A stretch of 64,000 nt of DNA, taken from contig CAXXFL010000005.1 of assembly GCA_963674965.2 (NCBI GenBank), positions 736,001 through 800,000 of the forward strand, read 5' to 3'. Shown piece by piece: positions 1 to 9,524 of this stretch (positions within the stretch are counted from its first letter, which is position 1; every line of letters starts with the position of its first letter). The notes below the pieces were generated by a model, which did not search any database, was not told the DNA's origin, and was given only the letters and a program-made list of their open reading frames with translations. Source of the stretch: a bacterium (GTDB lineage: Bacteria; RBG-13-61-14; DATKZS01). The position numbers and the translations under genes were made by a program.

Positions 1-293
1 AGGATGGGAATAAGCTGGGCCTCGAAGACCCAATAGCCCGGCCGATGAAATATCATGTCCGATACGTCCTCGACGGGAAAGTGCTCGTTGGGCTCGAAAT
101 AGCCAAGCGCCATCCGGGCGCAGGCCAGTCCGCCGTAAAGGTCCGACCGCGCCGAGTAATAGGGCGCGCTTCTCGAAACCACGTCATCGGCCGGAGTGGA
201 AGAGCATGGATAAAGCGACGAGGCCGCCAGCAGGGCCGAGGCTTTGATAAAGCCCCTTCTGTCCGGCGCGGGAAAAGCCAGGGCTTTTTTCAT
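1..293 (-). CDS. Tat-signal protein, peptidase C39-like fold (partial, runs off the window start)
   Basis: Not in the ORF track. Reads MKKALAFPAPDRRGFIKASALLAASS...APYYSARSDLYGGLACARMALGYFEP. The ATG overlaps the upstream stop (ATGA); RRGFIK is a twin-arginine motif. Confidence 0.6.
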   Translation of the reverse strand, partial: MKKALAFPAPDRRGFIKASALLAASSLYPCSSTPADDVVSRSAPYYSARSDLYGGLACARMALGYFEPNEHFPVEDVSDMIFHRPGYWVFEAQLIPI

Positions 294-1960
294 GGCGTCC
301 AGACTTCCCTCGAGCCAAGGTCCTCGTCCTCCCCGTCGTCGCTCGAGCCGGGGGCCGCGTACCAGTAGACCGTCGCGTTCACGTCAAGGAGCGTGGGCCG
401 GTGATGGGATATCTCCATGTCGAAGACCACGCGCTCGTCAAAGGGAATGACGTCGAGCACGTGCCAGCGGTATTGGCTTACCACCGCCTTCTTAGCCGTG
501 GCCCGCGAGACGGCTTCATAGAAAAAGGGAATGGGAAGGGCCTGGTAGATCGCCAATGGCTCCTTGGTGGGAAGGCTGACGCCGTGATAGGCGTGAGTGA
601 ACTTCATGTACTGAACGCACCAGGCGTACCCGAAATAATCCTCCGTGCCCGTGCCGAAGATGGATGGAAACTCGTCGCCGTCAACCCAGATTTTCTCGTC
701 CCCCTCGCCCCACCAGAAAAGCTCCATGGGGTTCCGGACGTTCATCTGGAGGCCAACGAAGCTGCCCTTCCCCTTCGCCTCGAGCATCCTCATGTCGCTG
801 ATCGGGCGGGTCTTGAGGGCGTTGACCTCGCGCCAGTCCGCGTGAAAATACATCGAGTCGCCACGCCAAGCCCGGGGCGAATGGACCACGCGGGCGGTCA
901 GGTTCAGGCTGACGTCGCTTCTATTGTCGAGGGTTATCCGGGCCGAGCTTTGAAAGGGCATGACCCAGCGGGAAGTAAGGCGGGCGCCGTCGGGCGTCGG
1001 AGTAATGTCCGCGGGAAGCGACCTCATTTCCGGCGCTCCCGGCGAGGACCCGAAGAAGTCTCCCAGCGGTACCCGGACGGAGGGCTGATCCTCCCCGTCC
1101 CAGCGTATGTGGAGGGCGGTTTGTCCCAGGGCCTTGGCCAGGTCCCGGTCCCCGCCGGAGATTTCGATCTCGAGCAGGCGAATGGCCCCGGGTCCCTCCA
1201 GTGAAATCAGCTCGCCCGAGACGCCGGGCGCCAGGCTAAGGTCGACTCTTTCCTCGAGGTCTTCCGGACCCTCGGTAAAGGACGGATCATCGAGCCGGGA
1301 AGCGGTCTCTTCAATTTTGGGTCGCGCCGCCTCGAGTCCGGCCATGGTAAAGGGAACGACCCTTGTCCCCTCCGGATATAACCTCAAGTCAACGTGATAA
1401 TACATCAAAGGCGCCCGGCTTCCCTTTTGTCCGTGCCGATGCGACACGGTAACCTTGATCGACTTGGAAAAAGGCACGGGAAAAATGAAGTTGCCGCCCA
1501 TGGCCCGGCGCCCGGAATAGGCCGGTCCCCAAGGATCGATTTTTCCGCCCAGCAGTTCCTTGCCCTTGGCCTCGATGACCGGCTCCTCCGAACCGTCTAT
1601 ATACACCCGCCAGGTCCGGCCGCCCGGATTGGCCGACCACAGACGGACCAGCGCGCCGGGGCCCTCGGCCTCGGCCATGACGTACTCGTAGCCCCGAGCG
1701 GTCTTCTCGCCCCTTAAGTACTGGCCCAGGTCCACGTTGGCGTGCCAGTATATGGTCTCGCCGTCCTTGATCTTCGAGCCCCGGTCGTAGCTCGAGAACT
1801 GGACCATCCTCGAGCCGTCGGGAAAGGCCCGGGCCAGCCGCTCCAGGTCAACCATTTCATCGAGAAGACCCTCCATGGTGATCTCATCGCCCAAGGCCGA
1901 GCCGGCCGAGAAAAGAATAAGGACCGCGGCCATGAGGTATCTTGCCCGTTTGAAAATCAT
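290..1960 (-). CDS. DUF2961 / glycoside hydrolase family 172-like secreted protein
   Basis: Signal peptide; motifs FSSYDR, GPGALVRLWSAN, WWGEGDEKIWVDG..PSIFGTGTEDYFG. Confidence 0.85.
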   Translation of the reverse strand: MIFKRARYLMAAVLILFSAGSALGDEITMEGLLDEMVDLERLARAFPDGSRMVQFSSYDRGSKIKDGETIYWHANVDLGQYLRGEKTARGYEYVMAEAEGPGALVRLWSANPGGRTWRVYIDGSEEPVIEAKGKELLGGKIDPWGPAYSGRRAMGGNFIFPVPFSKSIKVTVSHRHGQKGSRAPLMYYHVDLRLYPEGTRVVPFTMAGLEAARPKIEETASRLDDPSFTEGPEDLEERVDLSLAPGVSGELISLEGPGAIRLLEIEISGGDRDLAKALGQTALHIRWDGEDQPSVRVPLGDFFGSSPGAPEMRSLPADITPTPDGARLTSRWVMPFQSSARITLDNRSDVSLNLTARVVHSPRAWRGDSMYFHADWREVNALKTRPISDMRMLEAKGKGSFVGLQMNVRNPMELFWWGEGDEKIWVDGDEFPSIFGTGTEDYFGYAWCVQYMKFTHAYHGVSLPTKEPLAIYQALPIPFFYEAVSRATAKKAVVSQYRWHVLDVIPFDERVVFDMEISHHRPTLLDVNATVYWYAAPGSSDDGEDEDLGSREVWTP

Positions 1961-1985
1961 GCCTTCCTCCCCGGCGTAAAAGGAC

Positions 1986-2579
1986 CTAGTCCACGCCTTC
2001 CTTTGCTTTGTACTTTAAAAGCCGCTCGCGCAGCAATATGCACGCGCCGGCAATATTCTCGAGGTCGCCGTCGTTATATACCGCGGCCGAGACGGAAAGG
2101 GCCTTCCCGCCGGGCGACTCCATATAAATCCTGGCGCTGAAGACTCCCGATTCCTCGTGGGGATAAAGGGGAGATACAAGGACCTGATAGTCCCCGGCCT
2201 CGGCCGCCCCGTAAGGCGGCTTGACCGCCTCCATGTCGCCAAGGACCAGAGATAGCTCGTCGCCGCCTTCTCCCGCCACGCCGGATATAAAGCGCGCCCG
2301 GAACCCGCCGCCGGCCAGGTCCCGCTGGAAGCTGAGTTCGTACTTGGACGGCACGCGGGCCATAAAGCCGTTTATCTCATGGGTCTCGTATTTATCCGCG
2401 CTTATGCGGCCGTCTCCCGAGAGCGCCTCAGCCAGAATTCGAGTCTTCTCGACCGCGATCACCCTGGGGTCCGAGGCCCCCTCCTCGATGGTCTTTTTGA
2501 ATCCAAAGCCGACAATCCCGAAAAAGGCCGCCAGGCCCACGTAAAATACGGCCAATAAAATCTTTCGCGTTTTATCCAT
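1986..2579 (-). CDS. Hypothetical protein with N-terminal TM helix
   Basis: 197-aa ORF co-directional with neighbours, hydrophobic N-terminus. Confidence 0.7.
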   Translation of the reverse strand: MDKTRKILLAVFYVGLAAFFGIVGFGFKKTIEEGASDPRVIAVEKTRILAEALSGDGRISADKYETHEINGFMARVPSKYELSFQRDLAGGGFRARFISGVAGEGGDELSLVLGDMEAVKPPYGAAEAGDYQVLVSPLYPHEESGVFSARIYMESPGGKALSVSAAVYNDGDLENIAGACILLRERLLKYKAKEGVD

Positions 2580-2644
2580 CTTGCCTTTTCCCCTTAATTT
2601 ATCACCCGTTGCCGCTTAAGAAAAGACCGGCGGCCGGCCGGGTC

Positions 2645-4348
2645 CTAAGGTCGGTCTTCCGCAACCGATCCTTTCCTCACCATGATCTTTATGCTCCCGA
2701 AGCGGGCGGCTTCTTCATAGGCGGCAAAGAGGTATCCCTCCATGGCCTTGGCCTGCGGCTCGAAGGCCACCCTTTTGATATGTTCTCCTTCCACTCGGAG
2801 GACCGCCACTTTGGGCTTTTTCTCCTCCAGGTCGGCGATGGTTTCCATCAGTATCCGCTGGTTGAAAACCTCGTAGTTGAAGAAAAGGTAGTAGGTCGCG
2901 GGCGAGCGGCCGGCCAGAGGATAGAGCGCCAGGTCCCAAGGATAGACGAATATCCCGTCGTCGGGCGCGGCGTTGGCGTCTATCCAGTCCAGGGCGCCCT
3001 TTAGCTCGAGGGCCTCCTCGGGCGAGACCCGGATCAGCTCGAGACCCGGGTAGTCCACCTTTTCGGTCTGCCGCCATTTGGGGCCCATGGCGTAGCTCAT
3101 GTAGGGCGTGGAAAGATCGAGCCAGATCCCGGCGAGGAAAAGCGCGGACAAGAGGACTAGGCCCATTTTGTGAAAACCCCGGCCGCTTTCGTCCCTGGAA
3201 AGGCGCCTGAGAAAAAGGCCCGCGAAAAAAACAAAACCGCTCGAGCCGATTAGAACGTGACCAAGGTCGACGCTGGACAATAAAGATACCGCGAATAAAA
3301 GGCCGGCGTAGGTCCTGAGTAGTATCCATCTTTCGTTCGGCTCGCCTTTTTCAGTCCGGGTCAGGAAAATAAAGGAAGTCGATACCAGGGCGGCCAGGTA
3401 AGGGGCCGTAACCTGCCAGGGCCAGGCTTGCCCCGCGATAAGAAAGATTAGCGCGCCAAGAGCGAAAAGAAGAGGCGCGGCGTACCAGGGCGATCGGGAC
3501 CACGAGATTATACGCGTCGCGGCGTAGACGCAGGATACGCCGGCCACGAGGAGTAGGGCCGCTGGTATAAACACCGTTAGAAGAAAGAACTTCTTCAAGG
3601 ACGCGATGCCGCCCAGGCAATAGGCCGCCTCGGACAGGGCGCCGTTAAGGGCCAGGTAGACGAGCAGGATGAACGCGGGCAGGGCGAGTCCGAGTATGGG
3701 CAAAAAGGACCGGCGGACAAGATCGCGCGTCCCGCCCGGTCCTCGGGTAAGAAAGAGCGTTATAGCGGGTAGCGCGGCCGCGGGCAGCCCGAGGGTCTGC
3801 TTGGTCATGGCGGCCATGCCGCCAAAGAGCCCGCCCAGAAATAATAGCCGGGCCTTTCGGTCGTCCATATACCTTATGTAAAAGGCGAGGCTCACGAGAA
3901 GAAAAAACGACGAGTCCAGGTTGTAATGGGGAAATATTCCCAGGGCGACGGAATAAGGAATGTAGAATAGGGCCGGGACCAGGGAATAGGGATAGGACAA
4001 GGTCCGCCGCCCGATATCGAGCGCGATCAGGATGATGGCCATGCCCTCGAGGACCGCGAAAACCCGTCCGGTTATGACGTGGAAACCGAAGGTCTTGATT
4101 AGGGCCGCCTGGATGAAGAAGCCCAGCGGCGTCATATGGGCGTGAAGGTCGAGGTAAGGGACGCGTCCCCTCGCGATCTCGTAGCCCTGGAGCAGGTACC
4201 AGCCCTCGTCGGGCATGTTTATACCCCGGTTGAAAAGGAGAAGGAACCAGACGTCGGCGGCCGCCAGGATGGCGACGATCGTACCGGCGCCTGGTCTTAG
4301 CTTGGAATCAGCCGGGCCTTGCAAGCTCGATCTCCCCGAAAAATGCAT
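2645..4348 (-). CDS. Polytopic GT-C (ArnT/GT39-like) glycosyltransferase
   Basis: Many TM segments; DEG.Y and G..PY.D...H.TP motifs; TKQ motif. Confidence 0.75.
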   Translation of the reverse strand: MHFSGRSSLQGPADSKLRPGAGTIVAILAAADVWFLLLFNRGINMPDEGWYLLQGYEIARGRVPYLDLHAHMTPLGFFIQAALIKTFGFHVITGRVFAVLEGMAIILIALDIGRRTLSYPYSLVPALFYIPYSVALGIFPHYNLDSSFFLLVSLAFYIRYMDDRKARLLFLGGLFGGMAAMTKQTLGLPAAALPAITLFLTRGPGGTRDLVRRSFLPILGLALPAFILLVYLALNGALSEAAYCLGGIASLKKFFLLTVFIPAALLLVAGVSCVYAATRIISWSRSPWYAAPLLFALGALIFLIAGQAWPWQVTAPYLAALVSTSFIFLTRTEKGEPNERWILLRTYAGLLFAVSLLSSVDLGHVLIGSSGFVFFAGLFLRRLSRDESGRGFHKMGLVLLSALFLAGIWLDLSTPYMSYAMGPKWRQTEKVDYPGLELIRVSPEEALELKGALDWIDANAAPDDGIFVYPWDLALYPLAGRSPATYYLFFNYEVFNQRILMETIADLEEKKPKVAVLRVEGEHIKRVAFEPQAKAMEGYLFAAYEEAARFGSIKIMVRKGSVAEDRP

Positions 4349-5090
4349 TTGAATCCTTGAGCCGAAAGTATTCCTCCATGGCCTCGAGGTCCGCCACCAG
4401 GGTGACCGCCGGGTGATCGTGCAGGAAAGTGGCGGGCACGTCCGGAGTGGGCGGAGTAGTAAGCGTTCGGGCCAGTATGCCCGATTTCTCCCAGCCCGTC
4501 ACCACCAGTAGTATTTGTTTTGCCTCCAGGATGGTGGCCACGCCCATGGTGATGGCCCGGGCGGGAGTCGAGTCGATAATCCGAAAGTCGTTCGAGTTCA
4601 CGTCCCTCGTCAGAAGGCTGAGGTCGATGATCCTGGTCCTCGAGTCGCGGGCCGAGCCTGGCTCGTTGAACCCCACGTGTCCGTTCCGGCCCAGTCCCAG
4701 CGCCTGGAGATCGATTCCCCCCGCCCGCCGGATAAGTTCCTCGTAGCGCTCGCACTCGAGGACCGGATCGGGCGCCTTGCCGTCGGGCATGTGGAAATTC
4801 TCCGGCGCTATGTCCACCTGTCCGACCAGGCGGGTGAGCATGAACTCGTGAAAGGAATCGTAATCTCCCTTTCCCACGCCCACGTACTCGTCCAGGTTGA
4901 AGGTGGCCGCTCGGCTCAGGCTGAGGCCCTCCTCCTGGTGGAGCCTGACCAACTCGCCGTAAACGGGGATCATGGTATGACCCGTGGCCAGGCCCAATAC
5001 CAGGTCGGGCTTGTCCATTACCTTCCTTCGAATTATTCGGGCCGCCTCGCGCCCAGCCGAGTGGGCGTCGGCCCTTATTACCGCGCGCAT
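4308..5090 (-). CDS. nagB: Glucosamine-6-phosphate deaminase
   Basis: GLATGHT, FNLDEY, GLGRNGHVGFNEPG, AITMGVATI. Start reassigned to ATG 5090 (GGAGG upstream). Confidence 0.92.
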   Translation of the reverse strand: MRAVIRADAHSAGREAARIIRRKVMDKPDLVLGLATGHTMIPVYGELVRLHQEEGLSLSRAATFNLDEYVGVGKGDYDSFHEFMLTRLVGQVDIAPENFHMPDGKAPDPVLECERYEELIRRAGGIDLQALGLGRNGHVGFNEPGSARDSRTRIIDLSLLTRDVNSNDFRIIDSTPARAITMGVATILEAKQILLVVTGWEKSGILARTLTTPPTPDVPATFLHDHPAVTLVADLEAMEEYFRLKDSNAFFGEIELARPG

Positions 5091-5179
5091 GCGTCGCCTC
5101 CAGCCGCTAACCGGCCCGGCCATTATAGACCCGATTCGAGGGGAGCGTAAACCTTTCTCGGCGAAAATCGACATTTGAA

Positions 5180-5209
5180 TTGACCGGGAGAGGCCAGTTC
5201 TGCTAGAAT
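5180..5209 (+). promoter_or_regulatory. Putative sigma70 promoter for the cNMP-binding gene
   Basis: TTGACC-N18-TAGAAT with an extended -10 TG. Confidence 0.4.
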
Positions 5210-5268
5210 AGTCAAGCCGGCGGAAACCGACGGCCCGTCCTTTTGTTACACGCGCAAGGAGGCGCCAT

Positions 5269-5727
5269 ATGGAGATTATCGAGCTGATTGGAAAGGTCCG
5301 TATTTTCCACGGATTGTCCGAGACGGAGATGGAGCAATTCGCCGCCATGAGCGCGGAGGAGATTTTTCCCAAGGACACGGTGATCATCGAGGAGAACACC
5401 GAGGGAAGGGCCTTGTATATTGTCAAACGGGGCACGGTTAGCGTGTCCAAGGTTGACGGCGAGGTCGAGACCGAGCTTACCAAGCTGGTGGCCGGCGAGG
5501 CCTTCGGCGAGATGAGCCTCATCGAGGACGCCAAGACCTCGGCCCGCGTCACCGCTTACAACGAGGTGGAATGCCTGGTTATCGGGCGCGACCCCTTCCT
5601 CGAGCTCATGAGCAGGGATGACTCCATCGCCGCCCGTGTCTACAAGAACTTTACCCAGGTGTTGTCCGAGAGGCTTCGCGCCACTTCCCGCGAGCTTAGC
5701 ACCTGGAAGCCCGACATCGAATTTTAA
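5269..5727 (+). CDS. Stand-alone cyclic nucleotide-binding domain protein
   Basis: LYIVKRGTV, GEAFGEMSLI, SARVTA; no HTH; AGGAGG RBS. Confidence 0.88.
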   Translation: MEIIELIGKVRIFHGLSETEMEQFAAMSAEEIFPKDTVIIEENTEGRALYIVKRGTVSVSKVDGEVETELTKLVAGEAFGEMSLIEDAKTSARVTAYNEVECLVIGRDPFLELMSRDDSIAARVYKNFTQVLSERLRATSRELSTWKPDIEF

Positions 5728-5753
5728 CTTTAATACCGTTAGGATAGCCATCG

Positions 5754-5780
5754 AGTCCGGTTTTTACGCCGGACTTTTTT
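5754..5780 (+). terminator. Rho-independent terminator
   Basis: AGTCCGG-loop-CCGGACT followed by a T-run. Confidence 0.65.
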
Positions 5781-5941
5781 ATCCTGCCCCGCCTCCCGCG
5801 CCCGCCATATTTTTGCCACAATTCTCCACTATCTTTCCATTTTTGGGACACGATAAAAGACTATTTATTTTGTATGGTCCTCGTCAAAAGAGATATTTCG
5901 AGACGAGTTAAGCGCAATATTATCCCAAGGAGACCGGGCAG

Positions 5942-6490
5942 GTGAAAAGAAAAGTCATCATCTTAGGGGCGGGAATAGTCTGTATGTCAGTTCTATCATC
6001 GGTGCTCCGTGATAGCCTTTTCCATCTACTGATAAGTTTCGGTCTGGCCGTAATTGCATCTCTTTGCTTTTTGATATTAGCCGGAGTCGGAATTTTGCTG
6101 GGAAAGCGCCTACGCTATGCCCGGACCTTCGCTTCCATCTTTTTTATGCTGTTTTTGGTATGCGCGCCGCAAATGCTCGTCTTTCCCGTCGGCTGGGCTC
6201 TCGAAAAAAAAGACGTTCGAGACGCTAAAAAGTACTGTGAATCTCTCATCCCCAGGCTTGAGGAGTATAAGGAGGCCTCAGGCTGCTATCCCCGGGACGT
6301 CGACATGGTTATCGATCCGTCCAGAAGATTGCCCAGATTATTTCAAGATGATCGTTTGTTCAGCGGCGACGGTTTTTATCATGGCAGTTGCTACGGTTTC
6401 GAGTTTAATTTTGAAGATACAGGTGATATTTTCGGTATGTGCATGTATCACTATTGGAGCTCCGAGGGCGTTTGGTTCTCGGATGATTGA
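5942..6490 (+). CDS. Hypothetical membrane protein
   Basis: Three hydrophobic segments; LEEYKEASGCYP motif; AGGAG RBS. Confidence 0.65.
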   Translation: MKRKVIILGAGIVCMSVLSSVLRDSLFHLLISFGLAVIASLCFLILAGVGILLGKRLRYARTFASIFFMLFLVCAPQMLVFPVGWALEKKDVRDAKKYCESLIPRLEEYKEASGCYPRDVDMVIDPSRRLPRLFQDDRLFSGDGFYHGSCYGFEFNFEDTGDIFGMCMYHYWSSEGVWFSDD

Positions 6491-6553
6491 CGGAAAAGCG
6501 CGAGCCGGGACCGGCCGTTTAATCCGCCGCCAACCCGGAGGGAGACGGACAAC

Positions 6554-7339
6554 ATGGATAAATTGATAATCGCGGTCGCGTCGGCCTTTTTCATCTTTTC
6601 CTTTTCCGCTTGCGTGACGGAGAGGAGCGCCGTCGCGAGCAAGAAAGACCTCACGCCCGCGCCGGGCATATGTACGAGCGAGGAACTCACGCGAATCGGA
6701 GGCAAGCGCGTCTGGCGTTGCTCGGGGGAGACGGCTTTTTTCTATGAGGCGGGCATGGCCATCGACGCGGACGGCGCGCCCAACGCCTATCACTCGGACG
6801 GCTCGAGGGCGCTTTGCTACCTGGCCAACGCGGGCAAGCCCGGCAACTGGTGGGCCCTGGTCACGGACAACGGCCGGCGCGACGGCAATCCCCTCGTACA
6901 GGATGAGGACGACCCATATCCCGGCTTTTATATCTCCATGACGTCCCTCGAGGATAAAACCAAGGACGTGGACGACCCGAGCAGATACGTTAACGCGACC
7001 CAAATCCCCTATATCGTACTTCCCGGCGGCATGGCGGGAGGGGCCGGCCTGGGCGACTACGCCGTCGTCATCAACCGGAAAAACGGCAGGTTGGCCTACG
7101 CCATCTTCGCCGACGTGGGTCCCCGTCACAAAATAGGCGAGGGATCGATCGCCCTGGCCCGGGAACTGGATATCAATTTCTCGTCCAAAAGAGGCGGAGT
7201 TGGCTCGGGGATCAGGTACCTGGTTTTTCCCGGCTCCGGCGACGGCCAACCCAAGTCGGCCGAAACCATCGAGCGGGAAGGAGAGAGGCTCTTCCGGGAA
7301 TGGGGCGGAATGGACCGCTTGAACAAGGCGGTCCCCTGA
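6554..7339 (+). CDS. Glycoside hydrolase family 75 (chitosanase-like) lipoprotein
   Basis: Lipobox FSAC; IDADGAPNAY, VNATQIPYIVLP, FADVGP..KIGEGSIALA. Confidence 0.8.
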   Translation: MDKLIIAVASAFFIFSFSACVTERSAVASKKDLTPAPGICTSEELTRIGGKRVWRCSGETAFFYEAGMAIDADGAPNAYHSDGSRALCYLANAGKPGNWWALVTDNGRRDGNPLVQDEDDPYPGFYISMTSLEDKTKDVDDPSRYVNATQIPYIVLPGGMAGGAGLGDYAVVINRKNGRLAYAIFADVGPRHKIGEGSIALARELDINFSSKRGGVGSGIRYLVFPGSGDGQPKSAETIEREGERLFREWGGMDRLNKAVP

Positions 7340-7417
7340 GCGGGGATTAACCGCCGGACCCGGACGGTTCTATAATCGGCCCGCCCGGCGGGGCGCTTGG
7401 CTTGAATAGTCTTCCGA

Positions 7418-8040
7418 TCACCTCCACTCGAGTTTTCGCTTCAGGTCGTTGCAATGGGCGTGCGGAAGTTTCCCCATGTGCTGAAGCCGTCCTACCACTA
7501 TGCCGGGAGATATTCCGATCGAACGAGCGAACCTTGTAATCGAGGCTTTACTGAGGGAGTATTTTTTCAGGAATTCACGCATTTCCTCCGGCGGTATCAG
7601 GATTTGGGCCGCGAACGCGTTCGCCCTCGCTTCATGGTCAAAATCGTTTTTATAATTGGGCGAATCCAGAAATATGGTCATCTTGTGCTCCTCCAGCACG
7701 CGCTTGGCTTCATGGAAAAAAGTGAACCAGAGGTGATCGATGGTTTTATACCTGAGGCTCAACTGGATAAGGACCTTGTCAGAAGCAAGTCACCTCGTCG
7801 CACCGCCGGCCTTTATTTTTGGAAGCTCTCATACGAAAACGACCGCGACCCCGCGTTTGGCGCATAGCTCGGTAAGCCGGGGTTCTAATACCTCGGGGGC
7901 AGGACGGTAAGTTTGCGAGCCTCCTTCAGAGCCTTCGTGAAGCCGGGTCCGTCGTAGGGGTCTAGGCAAATTTCCTGGGACGCTTTTTCTCCCGCTTGCA
8001 TCCAGGCCGCCAGAGCGTAGGCGTCGTTGAAATGTAAACT
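7418..8040 (-). pseudogene. Degraded ImmA/IrrE-family metallopeptidase domain (HigA-type antitoxin fusion, 5' truncated)
   Basis: Reconstructs as ALAAWMQAGE...RKLTVLP[frameshift]EVLEPRLTELCAKRGVAVVFV*ELPK...GATR*LASDKVLIQLSLRYKTIDHLWFTFFHEAKR. Two in-frame TGA, one frameshift, and HExxH decayed to HEAKR. Confidence 0.85.
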
Positions 8041-8093
8041 TTGCGCCGCGCGGCCCGCGATTGACGATGCTTAATTAACTGTTAGAAACCATC

Positions 8094-9347
8094 TTATAGA
8101 ATTATACCTTTAAGTGAGAGGCATTCCCTAACTTCGTTCAATATGGAAGAAGGAACTGGATTTCCGGACAGATCGATAATCATTCCAGGGTCAAAATGGT
8201 GGCCGTACAACGCAAGGTCGCTATAGTCCGGCATTGAATCGCAAAGTCCATCCAGGCTTTTCACTCGGTTATTTGACAGGTTCAAGGTTATAGAATAATA
8301 AGGCAGGTCGGCCAAGTCGGTCAAGTATCCGTTTTCATCAACTAACCCCGAGCAATGACTTCCATGTTCGTCTTCTTTGGCAATGCACTCCCATAAATGA
8401 ATAGGCAGGCTTTTTACCCCGGCCAGACATGAAATATCTTCAATCTTGTTCGAGGACATGTCAATGGTCGCTGGAAAAATATTTTGTTCCTGCATCTTGG
8501 CAAGGGGCGTAACGTCTAAAATATCATTGCCGGAAATGCGTACCTCCTGAATCTTGGGCATGAGCAAAAGGGGAGAGATATCCCGAATACGGTTTTCGCT
8601 CAGATCGATTTTATAAATTTCCCAATGGTTACAAAGCGCCGAGAAATCGCGGATTTTATTTTTCCCCAGGTTGGCCACTCTGAGGAGGGACATTTTTTCA
8701 AGCGCGTCGATCCTTGAAACTCGGTTGTTTGCAAGATTAATCTCGGACATTCTCCCGAGACCGCTGAGAGGGGAGAGGTCGCGGACCTTATTATTTGAAA
8801 GGTCCAGGACCTCTAGGCTCTTCAGGCTGGAAAGAGCGGACAAATCAGAAATCTCGTTATCCCGCAGACTCAGTCCTTTTACATTTTTCAGACCAGATAG
8901 AAAGCCGATATCATTGAGGCCGGTCGAATCGAGATTAAGGTACTCGAGTCCGGAAGCGCCGGACAGGCCGTCGAGGTCCTGAAGGGGATTGAATGAAAGA
9001 TTGGCATCTTGTAATTTCTTTATATCGCGCAAGGGCGAAAGGTCGGATATCTCGTTGAAAGAGATATCAAGCTTTTGAAGATTCACGCAATGCTCGACGC
9101 CGCCAAGGCTTTTTATTCCCCTAAGCGAAAAGGAAATTTCCTTTACCTCGTCCAACTCCCATTTGAAAATTGCGGATGCTTTTTTCTTGTGCTCCCCGGC
9201 AAGGATTGACCAGAAAACGTAACCATGCAATTTAGGGTCTTCGAACCAGACCGGCTTTACATAGAGCCACAAAGTATAAAAGGAAACAGCGAAAGCTATT
9301 CCCAGCGCGGTTAAAACCAAAGTAATGGTTTTTGTTTTGAGCTTCAT
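8094..9347 (-). CDS. Membrane-anchored leucine-rich repeat (internalin-like) protein; ancestral start at 9547 interrupted by a MITE
   Basis: About 11 22-aa LRRs (LxxLxLxxNxIxDLSxL); N-terminal TM helix. Confidence 0.85.
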   Translation of the reverse strand: MKLKTKTITLVLTALGIAFAVSFYTLWLYVKPVWFEDPKLHGYVFWSILAGEHKKKASAIFKWELDEVKEISFSLRGIKSLGGVEHCVNLQKLDISFNEISDLSPLRDIKKLQDANLSFNPLQDLDGLSGASGLEYLNLDSTGLNDIGFLSGLKNVKGLSLRDNEISDLSALSSLKSLEVLDLSNNKVRDLSPLSGLGRMSEINLANNRVSRIDALEKMSLLRVANLGKNKIRDFSALCNHWEIYKIDLSENRIRDISPLLLMPKIQEVRISGNDILDVTPLAKMQEQNIFPATIDMSSNKIEDISCLAGVKSLPIHLWECIAKEDEHGSHCSGLVDENGYLTDLADLPYYSITLNLSNNRVKSLDGLCDSMPDYSDLALYGHHFDPGMIIDLSGNPVPSSILNEVRECLSLKGIIL

Positions 9348-9524
9348 GCAAAAGTCCTTTTCTTTGCGGCATAGCCGCTTTGGAGTGCGGTCGCTTGAGA
9401 CCGCTTTCGATGGCCTTGGCTTGACAAGGCCTATTAATACACCGGCTTGCCTCGCGTCAAGCCGCTCGGAAGAAAAGCGGCGTCGAGCCGCCGCACTCCA
9501 AAGCGGGAATTTTGCAAGAGGCTC
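9339..9524. mobile_element. 186-bp MITE-like element, copy 1, with internal REP-like palindromes
   Basis: TIRs GAGCTTCATGCAAAA / TTTTGCAAGAGGCTC; GTTTT direct repeat on both flanks; about 90% identical to 13581-13766 in reverse complement. Confidence 0.85.

Noticed and set aside
5091-5552. Long N-terminal extensions in the ORF track (nagB; also PIG-L, HD-GYP and the ABC permease)
   Set aside because: They overlap real genes; downstream ATGs fit RBS position or start-stop coupling and family length.
7760-7900. In-frame TGA at a Trp-like position, suggesting recoding or selenocysteine
   Set aside because: The same gene has a frameshift and a decayed HExxH, and TGA is a normal stop elsewhere in the window. 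It is a pseudogene.
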